From a virus: a stretch of DNA of 64,000 nucleotides. Shown piece after piece: positions 1-9,750 of the stretch. The notes below the pieces were generated by a model. The model had not been told where the DNA came from. It searched no databases and saw only the letters and a list, made by a program, of their open reading frames with translations. The translations under genes were made by a program, and so were the position numbers. The DNA lies in IMG/VR virus record IMGVR_UViG_3300017746_000001, positions 64,785 to 128,784 of that record; one strand, written 5' to 3'. Within the stretch, counting starts at the first letter, position 1. Each line of letters opens with the position of its first letter.

Positions 1-126
1 TCAGTATGAATCAGCAGATTTAGCAGACAGTCCTTCCTTGATACATGACCTAGAGTATTTGAATCGGCCAACCACAAAGCCGATAATCGATTCCCTTTTG
101 GAAACAGCTAAGGGAGGTATGACAAG

Positions 127-810
127 ATGAGTATTGAATATTACAATTATGATTTAAGAAGAAGCAGAATGGGGGCTATGTTTGGAGACAAAGTAGCCAT
201 TAGAGAGGAATGGGTGAAGAGAACTCGCAGATATGTCGTCATGCAAGGGTTGGACCTCAATGCTCTTGCAACTTTTATCAAAAAGGGTCTATACGATAGG
301 CGATGCGAAGGATTTAACCAAAAGGCACTAGATGTTCCACTATCTGGCGCTCAACAATGGGTCTTGACATACATTATTCTTTCAGACTTCGGTGTTCCAG
401 ATTGGCTCAGAGACAAAGAAAAAGATGAAAATGTCCCTGCTATGGTAGTAGCAGAGCCGGAAGAAGACGATGATACAGTCGCTCAGGCATTGATTAAGCC
501 TGCTGCAAGTATGGCAGAGGCCACTACTCAAGCAACCATTGATGCGGGTAGTGCGACTCTCAATGCTAGTAAAGCAGTAGTAGGAGCAGCCGCTTCAATA
601 GCATCTGTGCCTGTAAAATCTCTAGCAGGACTTGTTAGAGGAACTGAGGCCGCAGCCAATGAAACTATTGAGGCTGTGGATCAGGCAATTACAGAGGCAA
701 CAGAAACCGCACCATTGGATGCAGAACACCCAGAAGCAACACAGGCTGACGCACAAGAAAACTCGGAAGACCAGGTTGAAAGTGTCGAAAGTGGTGAAAG
801 TGGTGAGTAG
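127..810 (+). CDS. hypothetical protein with Ala/Glu-rich C-terminus
   Basis: 227-aa ORF; GGAGGT SD-like sequence upstream. Confidence 0.7.
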   Translation: MSIEYYNYDLRRSRMGAMFGDKVAIREEWVKRTRRYVVMQGLDLNALATFIKKGLYDRRCEGFNQKALDVPLSGAQQWVLTYIILSDFGVPDWLRDKEKDENVPAMVVAEPEEDDDTVAQALIKPAASMAEATTQATIDAGSATLNASKAVVGAAASIASVPVKSLAGLVRGTEAAANETIEAVDQAITEATETAPLDAEHPEATQADAQENSEDQVESVESGESGE

Positions 811-812
811 TC

Positions 813-1457
813 GTGGAGGAAGAGGGCGAAAGCCAAAACTTCGACGGTCTATTGTACGAAGAACTAAGCCTTAATTATAGTGAGTCTCAAGAAGAAAAGC
901 GAAAAACCGAGCAATTGAGAATTGGGTTGCTAGTATTTACCGTAGCTTTGATGATTCTTGGCCCCGCTTTGCAGTATTACTATGCAGATATGTTCCTGTA
1001 TATTTTAGCAGCCGGAATAGCATTTACCATTGGTACGAATCTGACGATTGGAATTCTTTCTATAAGAATCGAAGATAAAGCAGATGTTATGGAGAATAGA
1101 ATCTCCGATCTGCTAGAGGAATTGAAAACTTCGACAGATGCATTGGCTGATTTTAATGATGTTTTGGGTAAAGTTCCTATCCATACTATGGTTGAATCTA
1201 TAGAATCTGCTAGAAATGAGATAGGACCTGCTCTTTCGAATATGCAAGATGTAGGTTGGGGCGAGATAACTGATGCGATTCAGACAACACTACGATGGGT
1301 CGATAAGTTGGATATGGATAAAATCCAAGGAATGATTCAGCCCTTTGTAATTGAAGCCCCTGTTATACAAATTTTAGATGATCCATTCGGAGTTCAAGTT
1401 GAGGTTGAAGCCGTACCAGATTTCTTCCCACCCCCACCGCCTTCTCATAGAGGATAG
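813..1457 (+). CDS. putative membrane protein (2 TM segments plus coiled coil)
   Basis: two hydrophobic stretches at about aa 36-84; directly follows previous ORF. Confidence 0.7.
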   Translation: MEEEGESQNFDGLLYEELSLNYSESQEEKRKTEQLRIGLLVFTVALMILGPALQYYYADMFLYILAAGIAFTIGTNLTIGILSIRIEDKADVMENRISDLLEELKTSTDALADFNDVLGKVPIHTMVESIESARNEIGPALSNMQDVGWGEITDAIQTTLRWVDKLDMDKIQGMIQPFVIEAPVIQILDDPFGVQVEVEAVPDFFPPPPPSHRG

Positions 1458-1601
1458 AATTCCACAAGAAATCAGGGGGTAGGGGGGTATCAAAACTCGC
1501 TTAGTTAATATCGTATGCGAATGTGGAGACACATATACTGCAATTGATTACCATAGATGCCTAAGTTGTGGAAAGAAACTACAAATCTTCTGATTGTTAT
1601 T

Positions 1602-2018
1602 TTACCAGTCAGTAATTGCCCCTTTAGGCATATTTTGAGAACTAAGAATATATTCCCCTAGAGTACGGTGTCCTCCTCCTTCTTTCTCGACCCTTACTGT
1701 TCCAACTCTTCTAAAGTCAGGGTGTTTGAATACACCCCCTATGACTCTTCTATCAACACCAGGAGGAGGAGGTAGTGCTTTACATACAAGATAAATATTT
1801 ACCTTTTGACCCATTAAACATCTATTCTTCGCCCATTTCCTTGCTTCTGCTATCCATAGGGCAGTCGGGTCTCTTCTTTTTTTGACATATGATTCTGGAC
1901 CTGTTTTTAGATTGAGTTCTGATAGCCTCTTTCTAAGCATAAGCTCACGACTCTCTGAACCTATGCCTATAGTTCCTTTGATTACTGAAATGATTTGTTC
2001 CATATGATCATCCCTCAT
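1602..2018 (-). CDS. hypothetical protein
   Basis: likely start at ATG 2018 overlapping the RusA stop (TGATG), with GGAGG upstream. Confidence 0.6.
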   Translation of the reverse strand: MRDDHMEQIISVIKGTIGIGSESRELMLRKRLSELNLKTGPESYVKKRRDPTALWIAEARKWAKNRCLMGQKVNIYLVCKALPPPPGVDRRVIGGVFKHPDFRRVGTVRVEKEGGGHRTLGEYILSSQNMPKGAITDW

Positions 2019-2512
2019 CAAATCGCCTCCATTATTGAATCCACCATATTCTTCCAAGGGTTGTCATCTGATAAAATTTCATCTATTGTTACGAGAGTAT
2101 AGGGCTTTTCACCTTGAGCAAGTTCAATTTTAGTCACTAGAAGAGAACAAACAAGATTATCGTCAGTAGCAACAATGCCAGATGCTAATAATGCATCCAT
2201 GTAGTGTTTAGCGATGTTATCAACATCTGGGCCGTTTGCCTTCAAACAGGCTTTTGCTGGATTTTTTACTCTATGTTTGTATTTTGGACATTCAAACATT
2301 GCATGTATTCGTACTTCTAATGCACCTTCAAGTCTTTGCTTGCCTTTCATTTTTTTTTCGGCCATTTTTTTAATTTTTATGGAGGATTCGTGATTTTTTT
2401 TTGTTGGGTGTGTCATTACGCCTTTAGGAGTTCGACGGAATCGTGGCCTTGCAGCCGCTACAGGTTGTCCATCGATCTTGATTTCAAACCTACTCAGTTG
2501 TCTCCCCCCCAC
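2018..2512 (-). CDS. rusA: RusA-family Holliday junction resolvase
   Basis: GQPVAAARPRF, PDVDNIAK-x3-DAL and DDNLV motifs. Confidence 0.85.
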   Translation of the reverse strand: MGGRQLSRFEIKIDGQPVAAARPRFRRTPKGVMTHPTKKNHESSIKIKKMAEKKMKGKQRLEGALEVRIHAMFECPKYKHRVKNPAKACLKANGPDVDNIAKHYMDALLASGIVATDDNLVCSLLVTKIELAQGEKPYTLVTIDEILSDDNPWKNMVDSIMEAI

Positions 2513-2691
2513 TCTTTGACAACATCATAAATCATTTCAGCCCAAGACTTCCATCCTCGCTGATATTTTATTATCATTAATTGTGCTTTAATCGTAACTG
2601 GAACATCTCTTGCGACTATGTAACAAGTTTCTATTGGCTGTAAAGTAGGTTGTTCTTCATCGTCGTTCGGACTTGCCACTTCATCTCCCAT
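2494..2691 (-). CDS. small hypothetical protein
   Basis: ATG 2691 lies 30 nt from a GTCAAAGGACAA promoter-like motif. Confidence 0.55.
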   Translation of the reverse strand: MGDEVASPNDDEEQPTLQPIETCYIVARDVPVTIKAQLMIIKYQRGWKSWAEMIYDVVKEWGGDN

Positions 2692-2762
2692 ACCTCTATT
2701 CAAGAGTTATTGTCCTTTGACCGTTCCGAAAGCAATATCCGTCAAACCCCCTGTCGAGCATC

Positions 2763-3263
2763 ATGGAAGAGGATATGCCATTCCCAATAGGGTCGGCTCT
2801 GAAACGACCTATAGGGTACAATTTGTACCATTGGGGCATCGCTTCTGAGTTCTATGACCCTGAAACAAAAAAACAGATGATTTATCAGTTCGGAGGCCCA
2901 TTTCAAGGATTATTGGAAAACCCTGATGTTAAGACAAAATTTGTAAATGCCGTTTGGCCTAGTACGAAAAGTGGCTCACATACAGGAATACACATTGGAT
3001 TGACCCCCTATGATGTATTTTCAGAAAATAAGAAAATTGAAGTTGTTGAAGTCCCAGAGAACCCCGTACCTGTATTAGATAGAGCGAAGGAGCTTCTCCA
3101 TAGATCTGATTACAACCCTGCGATAAGGAATTGCGAGCATTATGCTAACTATGCCCTTTCTGGTTCTTGGCAATCAGTACAAAGTAAAAAGGTCTTTTCT
3201 GAAGCTATGCAAATAGCAGGTTTGGCTTTGGTTGCTGCAGTATTCGGGGGAAGTAAGAATTAA
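2763..3263 (+). CDS. LRAT/NlpC-P60-like papain-fold acyltransferase or hydrolase
   Basis: YHWGI and YN-x4-NCEHYAN motifs; hydrophobic C-terminal tail. Confidence 0.8.
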   Translation: MEEDMPFPIGSALKRPIGYNLYHWGIASEFYDPETKKQMIYQFGGPFQGLLENPDVKTKFVNAVWPSTKSGSHTGIHIGLTPYDVFSENKKIEVVEVPENPVPVLDRAKELLHRSDYNPAIRNCEHYANYALSGSWQSVQSKKVFSEAMQIAGLALVAAVFGGSKN

Positions 3264-3281
3264 TGGGCAATACCCAATCCC

Positions 3282-4049
3282 TTGCTTGTGCCTAGCCATC
3301 GGCCCCCAGTAACTTTCACCCCAATTAAGACTGTCCCAGAAGTTGGAGATAAAATAACAGCCCTCCCAAAAGTAAGTTTTTGTGAGATTATGAAAATTAC
3401 AATTCACCCAAATATCAATCAATTATTCGGAGATTATCTTTTAATGGGCTCATGCCAATATGAACTGTGGCTATCTAAAGAAGGCGAGGAAGCAGAGTTT
3501 GGAAAAATATTGGCTCCTTCTAATCATTTGTCGTGGCTTGGAGATCATTGGGTGTTATTTCAGCACCCCTACAAGATTACTATTGACGAAGGAGTTGGTC
3601 AAGACTGGTGCGTAACCAACCCTAATACGCAAAAAACAATTCGAATGGTTGCTAAAGATGCCAAAGATGCAATAGAAGCACATAAGGAATATTTAGAAAA
3701 AATTGACGAATCATGCCCAGATGATTTCTATGTAGGAGAAGCTTACATGGCATCAATTGAGTTGGATGCTAATAAGTTGCTTAGGCAAATAGCAAAAGAC
3801 ATTACAAAACAAAAGCACCCTCTCAGCCCGTTGCATGGAATGGATGTCAATAGTTCTGCATTCTTGTCTTTGACTTCTCAGTTGGCTTTCTTGGATAATT
3901 CGAAAATAGATAAATTCGTTAGAATTGTTGAAAACGCCTTTTTGGATTTGACAAATGGCAATGGTTTCCAATGGTATACAGAGGGTCAAACGACACAATA
4001 TTGCTCCACATGTGTCAACAAGATTTTGTCTTGTAAATGTATTGAGTGA
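3282..4049 (+). CDS. hypothetical protein (start uncertain)
   Basis: 255-aa ORF with C-terminal CxxC...CxC. Confidence 0.6.
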   Translation: MLVPSHRPPVTFTPIKTVPEVGDKITALPKVSFCEIMKITIHPNINQLFGDYLLMGSCQYELWLSKEGEEAEFGKILAPSNHLSWLGDHWVLFQHPYKITIDEGVGQDWCVTNPNTQKTIRMVAKDAKDAIEAHKEYLEKIDESCPDDFYVGEAYMASIELDANKLLRQIAKDITKQKHPLSPLHGMDVNSSAFLSLTSQLAFLDNSKIDKFVRIVENAFLDLTNGNGFQWYTEGQTTQYCSTCVNKILSCKCIE

Positions 4050-4087
4050 AGAACAGACTTCAAACGACAAGACCGCTTGCTATATTT

Positions 4088-4723
4088 GTGTCTGAGGATT
4101 GGAGAAGTCAATACCTTCCGAGTAATACTACTGCCGCCGAGGAAATGGAGGATTTCCCTACCTCAAACACACCCGTAGTTGAAAAGGAAATCTTTGAGAG
4201 CGTTGAGGAACCATTAGATGAAAAGACTGTGGTGAATCTGTTAGAAGAAGGCCCTGAATCACAACTTTCTGTAGTCCTCGATAATCAACAGCGATTGATG
4301 ATGGCAATAGATCAGATGGCCTCTGGATTCTCTAGTCAATTACAAATACTCGCTAGAAGAATCGATAATTTTGAGAGAGTGCTTGAACAATCTCAAGGAC
4401 AGCCTACGATGACCAACTTATTGTTTGATGCGCCAGAAGTTTTTGAAAAGGTAGTGACTAGAGAGGATGATTCCTCAGAACTTATGCGAGCTGATGTGAT
4501 GGGAAATCATGTTCCAGCAATTCAGCCTAAAACCCCCGACCTTCAATTTGAAATTCCCGACGAAGTTGAGTCTCTGATAGATTTTGACCCGCATTTCCCT
4601 GTTTCAATTGAGACTCAAGTTGCATTCCACATGTGGAAGATTAAGAAATCGACATGGAATGAATTTGTCAAAGTTGCAGGTGGACCGAAAAAGGCAAAAA
4701 CAGCCAGAGAACTGATTGAGTAG
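4088..4723 (+). CDS. hypothetical acidic coiled-coil protein
   Basis: in-frame GTG at 4088, 29 nt after TTCAAACGACAA (4059). Confidence 0.6.
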   Translation: MSEDWRSQYLPSNTTAAEEMEDFPTSNTPVVEKEIFESVEEPLDEKTVVNLLEEGPESQLSVVLDNQQRLMMAIDQMASGFSSQLQILARRIDNFERVLEQSQGQPTMTNLLFDAPEVFEKVVTREDDSSELMRADVMGNHVPAIQPKTPDLQFEIPDEVESLIDFDPHFPVSIETQVAFHMWKIKKSTWNEFVKVAGGPKKAKTARELIE

Positions 4724-4759
4724 TGTCAATCTCTAAACGGCTGACCCCTATCCTTTGCC

Positions 4760-7279
4760 ATGGCCGAAGACCTTGTGATGCATTGGTTGGTTCGGCTTAG
4801 AGACATTTCAAACAATAGAGTCCCAGACATTTCATTGCTCAATGTTGCTCGAAGATTGGGTGGTGTTTCTGGAGACAAACCCCTTGAGAGCAAGTATTAT
4901 CGGGAAAAGGAACAGATAGATGATTCGGTTTTAGAAAAAATAGTCGATGGCTTGAAAGAAGCCTACAACAAAGATAGAGTAGTACCTGGAGAAAATGTAG
5001 GTGTTATTGCGGCTCATTCCATTTCTGAACCTGGTACTCAGATGACAATGAGGACATTTCATTATGCAGGGGTCGCGAATACGGTCAATCCGTTGGATGC
5101 GATGATTGCGGAACAATCGATGGTTCGAAGAATATACACAATGGGTCTTGCATTGGGTGAAGATATTAAATTAGATAGAGAAAAGGCCGAAAAATTGCGT
5201 TTTGGCGTTATGAGAACAAAATTGGGAGATGTTTGCGATATTGATTTCATAGATTATGAATCACAAGATGATATTGTGATTACAATGAAAAAGAAGTCTT
5301 CGGAAGATTCTGATGAAGAATGGGCGGCACTCAATAGTGACAATAGGTTTCCATCTTCTGATGAACTTGTTGAAGCGTTTCAGACTGTTTTCTTTTTCAA
5401 TTACGCTGGAGACCGGCGGTCTGATCCAGCAACGAGAGGAATGGAGATGCCTGGTTTGAGGTCGAACATTTCTGTTGGTAAAAATGAAGATGATTCGGTA
5501 TTTGTCAGGATGCCTCACTTCCCTGCTCGGTATAGGACTTCCTTACTGCACCTATTACACAATCTAGAGATTTGCAACAACTGTTCTTACCCCATACAAT
5601 ACATGAAAACACAACACCATTCTGAAAAAACCAAAGTAATTTCTAGAGATGATGAATCGGTGCCTTCCAACGAGGATTACTTGGCGATGGCAAAGAATTA
5701 CATGGACTTTGTTGAAAGTGGAGACATAGGCCAGATTGGGTTTGTCGAGGACTTAGCCCCAAAGAATAGGGAATCTTTGGCCGATGATGCCGTAGCCGAA
5801 GACCTCTTTGAAAAAATAGTTGAGGCTTCAAACGACTCAGAGGTTGAGAACTTTGAGGAATTATCTTACGGTTCTCCAGAATGGGCATTAGGGATTCGTA
5901 AGCTCTGGACTGCTACGCCTGCACACTATACTTTGGAGTTAGCCACTCAGACAGATTTCAAGTGCTGCAGAAGATGTGGCTTGGGTTGGCAGTTAGCTTC
6001 GGCAACACTTCGGCAAGTTGGAGACATAGACATAGACTACCTTATGTCGGAAGATATTTCGATTACAGATAAAACAAAAGTAAAGGATGGTTTTACCAAT
6101 TTGTATAGTCAGTTGACTAAAATTGCAGATCACCCACTAGATGATGTCAATTACGAGATTGTAAGTAAAGGTGATTCTAAAGGTAAGCAGATTCCATCCG
6201 ATGTTTATGAGGGCGTTTATCCTGGTTCTGGCCGCGAAGGTTCACTTACAGATTATCCTATACAAACAATGTCTTCTGGCAGAGGAATTGCAGGAGGCGT
6301 TGAGGGAGAGTATTTCCTATATGTTGTAGGCTCAGACACTCGAGGTTCGTCTGATTTCGTTTCTTCCTTACTTAGTGGCCCTGCAGCGAGAAGTTACTTC
6401 AATTCACCTATTGCTAACGGAAAGGGCTTTTCTAAGGATGTTTGGAAGGATAAACAAAGAGCGTCTTTCGCAGGTTATTTTGCTTTGACCGATGGAGATG
6501 ATAGGTTTGATTTCATGCGTTCAACTTGTGATGATCCGCGACAAGTGTACCATGCTTTAGGGATAGAGCCCGCTAGGATGGTTTTGTTAGAGAATTTGTA
6601 CCATATTGAAACAAATAGCGATGCAGATATAGCAGAGTTCGGAATTTCAAGTGCGGGGCTAGGAGTCCACATTAGCCACATGAGTTTGTTGATTGATGCA
6701 CTTTGTAGCGGAACTACCATGACCACTATCAGGAGTCAATCTTCCATCCAGGGAGGGCAAGGCATCGTTTCTAGAAAAGGCTCTATATCCAAGCAGTTAC
6801 CAGATGGTTCGCTCGTTAATTATGGAGAGATGTTAGCCATCGCATCTTATGAAACAGCAAATAGAGTCTTAATGGATGCCTCTTTAATGGGTGTCGTTGA
6901 TAGAATTCGTTCACTTAAAGGAGTACAGATTGTAGGAAATTTCGAAAATATAGGTTTTGATGGCACACCTCACAGAAGTAAAGGAGAAAATCTGCATCTT
7001 GTTGATGAATTGATAGCCCTACAAGGAGTAAAAGGGACAAAAGGCATAGGTGGGTTGAAAAAGCAAATCATCGATGAAATGGATTCCTATGTAAGTGAAT
7101 TATTCAGTGAAGGCTATACAATTACTGGTATGATGGAACTTCGAGAGTATGGCCCTCAGTTTGCACAATCTGACAAGTTCGCAATCTTGGCTCGCGACCC
7201 TGAATTTTTAGAACTCAAGTCAAAGCTCAAACGGGTTTTGGCTCGAATAGAAGAGATAAGAAATATTCTTGCGATCTAA
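4760..7279 (+). CDS. rpoA2: DNA-directed RNA polymerase subunit A'' (Rpo1C)-like protein with large insertion
   Basis: [31 protein letters not shown] trigger-loop region; C-terminal HMSLLIDAL and LAIASYET...GVVDRI blocks match A''. Confidence 0.9.
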   Translation: MAEDLVMHWLVRLRDISNNRVPDISLLNVARRLGGVSGDKPLESKYYREKEQIDDSVLEKIVDGLKEAYNKDRVVPGENVGVIAAHSISEPGTQMTMRTFHYAGVANTVNPLDAMIAEQSMVRRIYTMGLALGEDIKLDREKAEKLRFGVMRTKLGDVCDIDFIDYESQDDIVITMKKKSSEDSDEEWAALNSDNRFPSSDELVEAFQTVFFFNYAGDRRSDPATRGMEMPGLRSNISVGKNEDDSVFVRMPHFPARYRTSLLHLLHNLEICNNCSYPIQYMKTQHHSEKTKVISRDDESVPSNEDYLAMAKNYMDFVESGDIGQIGFVEDLAPKNRESLADDAVAEDLFEKIVEASNDSEVENFEELSYGSPEWALGIRKLWTATPAHYTLELATQTDFKCCRRCGLGWQLASATLRQVGDIDIDYLMSEDISITDKTKVKDGFTNLYSQLTKIADHPLDDVNYEIVSKGDSKGKQIPSDVYEGVYPGSGREGSLTDYPIQTMSSGRGIAGGVEGEYFLYVVGSDTRGSSDFVSSLLSGPAARSYFNSPIANGKGFSKDVWKDKQRASFAGYFALTDGDDRFDFMRSTCDDPRQVYHALGIEPARMVLLENLYHIETNSDADIAEFGISSAGLGVHISHMSLLIDALCSGTTMTTIRSQSSIQGGQGIVSRKGSISKQLPDGSLVNYGEMLAIASYETANRVLMDASLMGVVDRIRSLKGVQIVGNFENIGFDGTPHRSKGENLHLVDELIALQGVKGTKGIGGLKKQIIDEMDSYVSELFSEGYTITGMMELREYGPQFAQSDKFAILARDPEFLELKSKLKRVLARIEEIRNILAI

Positions 7280-7665
7280 ATGCCGTAAATCGCATTATCT
7301 CTTAGCCTCTTACTAGCTTCTTCTTCGGAAGTGTTCTGGGGCGGTTGAGGCTCTGGAGTAGGTTCTGGCTCATCTTGAGGTTCTTCTTCGCTCTGCGGGG
7401 GCTCTACGGGCTCAATTTCGAGAGTCTCTTCTACATCTTCAACTTCTTCGGCTTCATTTTCCTTTACCTCTTCTGGATTAAGTTCCTCTAATGCTTTTTG
7501 TTCCTCTTCATCTCTAGGGTATTCTTCTGTTTTGGACTTTACAGCATTACTTTCTCCAATGAAATATCTGCCTTCTTTGTATTTTTTCCAAAGAATAGAG
7601 ATTTCTTCGTTTTCTATACCTGAATGTTGGTGTTTGAATTGAGGCCATGTCATCTCGTCAGTCAT
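7276..7665 (-). CDS. acidic hypothetical protein with WPQF..H.G...EEIS.LW..YK motif
   Basis: ORF; motif shared with 12954..13382. Confidence 0.7.
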   Translation of the reverse strand: MTDEMTWPQFKHQHSGIENEEISILWKKYKEGRYFIGESNAVKSKTEEYPRDEEEQKALEELNPEEVKENEAEEVEDVEETLEIEPVEPPQSEEEPQDEPEPTPEPQPPQNTSEEEASKRLRDNAIYGI

Positions 7666-8093
7666 TAGAACGCCCTCCTTACTTCTTTAATGATTTCTTG
7701 AACCATATCTTTCGCTTCTTGAGTTAGCATTTTTGCCATGTGATCGTGATAATCACGCTTGGATTTGATTTCTTTCAAAGAAGTTAGTAAATCTTCGCTT
7801 ACTTTATCCGCCTTTTCAAACAATTCAATAGCATCTTGCTCTAACATAGCCTCTCCAGTAAACAAATCCACTAGTTGTTCTTTCGCTTCAAGTATTTCCT
7901 CAACTGGATTGTATTCTTCCTTTTCCTCTTCTTCTCCATCAAGATGAACTGCTTCTGTCAGCCAAAGAAGTTCCTCTAATGCTTCATTCTCTGCCATCTC
8001 ATGCAGTTTCTTATAGTTCTGATATGTCTTGCTTGCTTGCGCCAAACTCAAATTATTTTTGGAGCAAAGTTTCCTCCATTCGTTCCAGTTCAT
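7665..8093 (-). CDS. acidic hypothetical protein
   Basis: promoter-like TTCAAACGACAA 30 nt upstream; TAATG-coupled to next gene. Confidence 0.7.
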   Translation of the reverse strand: MNWNEWRKLCSKNNLSLAQASKTYQNYKKLHEMAENEALEELLWLTEAVHLDGEEEEKEEYNPVEEILEAKEQLVDLFTGEAMLEQDAIELFEKADKVSEDLLTSLKEIKSKRDYHDHMAKMLTQEAKDMVQEIIKEVRRAF

Positions 8094-8141
8094 ACAATAT
8101 TGTAGGGATGCTTGTCGTTTGAATGCTTCTAGAGTTTAGGT

Positions 8142-8196
8142 GGACGGAGGAGCCATGGTTACAGCCTATTCTGCCGCGCGGTCAGAACCCCCGTCC
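8142..8196 (-). ncRNA. candidate small structured RNA
   Basis: outer stem GGACGGGGG/CCTCCGTCC enclosing a TTCTG..CAGAA hairpin in a GC-rich intergenic stretch. Confidence 0.3.
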
Positions 8197-8224
8197 GAAC
8201 TGCCATGAAGGTGTTGTGGTTTAG

Positions 8225-8287
8225 GAGTTCGGGTCGGCAAAAGGGGGGAGCCTACCCAAGAGTTCGGGTCGGCAAAAGGGGGGAGCC
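8225..8287. repeat. 28-bp perfect direct repeat x2 (possible terminator or processing element)
   Basis: GAGTTCGGGTCGGCAAAAGGGGGGAGCC at 8225-8252 and 8260-8287. Confidence 0.85.
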
Positions 8288-8301
8288 CCCCCGAAGGAGG
8301 G

Positions 8302-8586
8302 CTAGTATGATTCCAAGGCATTCTTCATTGCGAGATGGAAGTTGCTACTCTGCCATGAGCTACTGTGATACAGTACCTCGAAGGCCGGATGGTCTTCCGA
8401 TATGCTCCTAGTGGCTTCCCCTTGTATGGTGATTTCAAAAACACCTTCTATAACTCTTAATTTAGCGGTCAAGTAGGCATCAAGTGTCCCATGACCGCTT
8501 TCTTCGAGTAATTTTTTCATTTTGTTTTCTGTTGCATTCCAAAGACCTAGGTTTTGGAAGTTTCCTCCACTAGCGGCATAACCCAT
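8302..8586 (-). CDS. hypothetical protein
   Basis: ATG 8586 is 29 nt from TTCAAACGG; alternative start at 8598. Confidence 0.6.
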   Translation of the reverse strand: MGYAASGGNFQNLGLWNATENKMKKLLEESGHGTLDAYLTAKLRVIEGVFEITIQGEATRSISEDHPAFEVLYHSSSWQSSNFHLAMKNALESY

Positions 8587-8628
8587 GCGCTCAGGCATAG
8601 GTGCTACCGTTTGAATCGTATGGTCAGT

Positions 8629-8904
8629 TCACTCCACATATACCATATTGTATTCTGGAGAGTTATCACTTGTTTTTGAATTGTGAAATACTAGAATCTT
8701 AGATCCTGCAGGAATTACCAGTTTCTCTTGCGTCCTTCCTTCATATGCCACTTTTCCTCTTGCTTCCCACAATCCAGAGATTGTGATGTAATTTTCTTGT
8801 TTTGCTAATTGTGCTGTTGCATTAATTATTTCGTTTATGTCGGGATTAGCCCCGAATTCTCCCGCTTCAATGCGGGACTTCATCTTGTCTTGTATGCTTG
8901 CCAT
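8629..8904 (-). CDS. hypothetical protein, paralog of 42690..43091
   Basis: motif-led start; ISGLW...GKVAYEGRT...IP.GSKIL block shared. Confidence 0.75.
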   Translation of the reverse strand: MASIQDKMKSRIEAGEFGANPDINEIINATAQLAKQENYITISGLWEARGKVAYEGRTQEKLVIPAGSKILVFHNSKTSDNSPEYNMVYVE

Positions 8905-8952
8905 GGTCAGTTGACAGAGTATCTGTCTTATCAATTATGTCTTATTCAGTCA

Positions 8953-9741
8953 TCATCTCGGTGCGAGTATATATTCTAATTTTGCACCATCAGGTAGTTT
9001 CGTTTTTATGCTAATTGGCATATTTTCTCCAAACCAAATATCACAAGTTTCTGCTTTAGCAGATTTGAGTTTCATAAATAGTGCGTTGAGATACTTTGTG
9101 CTGTATTCAGATTGAACAATTATTCTTTGCTCGTCTTCATTATTAATCTCTACCTCATGCGTCATATAGTTCCAGTCCCGAACCCAAAGGTTGATTTGGC
9201 CTGTTTCCGAATCTGCAGATAGGTTCCCTGTGTTGGCTTTCTTACGCATTCCATTGAGTGCTTCTTTCAGCCATGCAATTGAAACGCCATTTAAATGACA
9301 TCCCACTATGTTGCTAAAATCAGGCGTTCTCGGTATATTCATCGTTCTCCAATCAATAGTTTGTGGTTTTGCAGTCAAATATTTTGTCTTAATTTCTATT
9401 AACATGTCCTCAATTCTTATTTCGATTATATCAGACATACCTGCTGTTTTTACTGCAGTCAGTATATCATTCAAATTATCTAATGCTATTGAGCCCTCTT
9501 GTTCTACTTCGAATGAGGGGAATGAATTTGCAGACCATTCCCATATCATCATTGCTACATGGGAACCGTCAACTAATGTTGCACTTATTCCGTCTTTGGA
9601 AATTTGCATGCGTAACTCTAATTCTAAGATTGCAGTTATCTTTGTAAAATTCTCCAATTGCCTTCTTGTTAAACTTATATTTGCTATTGCACCTTGTTCC
9701 GGTACTTTTTTTATGATTTTTTTTTCTTTTATTATTGCCAT
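8953..9741 (-). CDS. pcn: PCNA-like DNA sliding clamp
   Basis: 262 aa; ISKDGISATLVDGSHVAM, YSTKYL, FGENMPISI and YILAPR C-terminus typical of PCNA. Confidence 0.85.
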   Translation of the reverse strand: MAIIKEKKIIKKVPEQGAIANISLTRRQLENFTKITAILELELRMQISKDGISATLVDGSHVAMMIWEWSANSFPSFEVEQEGSIALDNLNDILTAVKTAGMSDIIEIRIEDMLIEIKTKYLTAKPQTIDWRTMNIPRTPDFSNIVGCHLNGVSIAWLKEALNGMRKKANTGNLSADSETGQINLWVRDWNYMTHEVEINNEDEQRIIVQSEYSTKYLNALFMKLKSAKAETCDIWFGENMPISIKTKLPDGAKLEYILAPR

Positions 9742-9750
9742 GGTCAGTAT

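Noticed and set aside
8139-8200. tmRNA- or tRNA-like 3' end (CGGACGGGGGTTC...TCCACC on - strand)
   Set aside because: The T-loop is interrupted, and there is no matching 5' acceptor strand or CCA.
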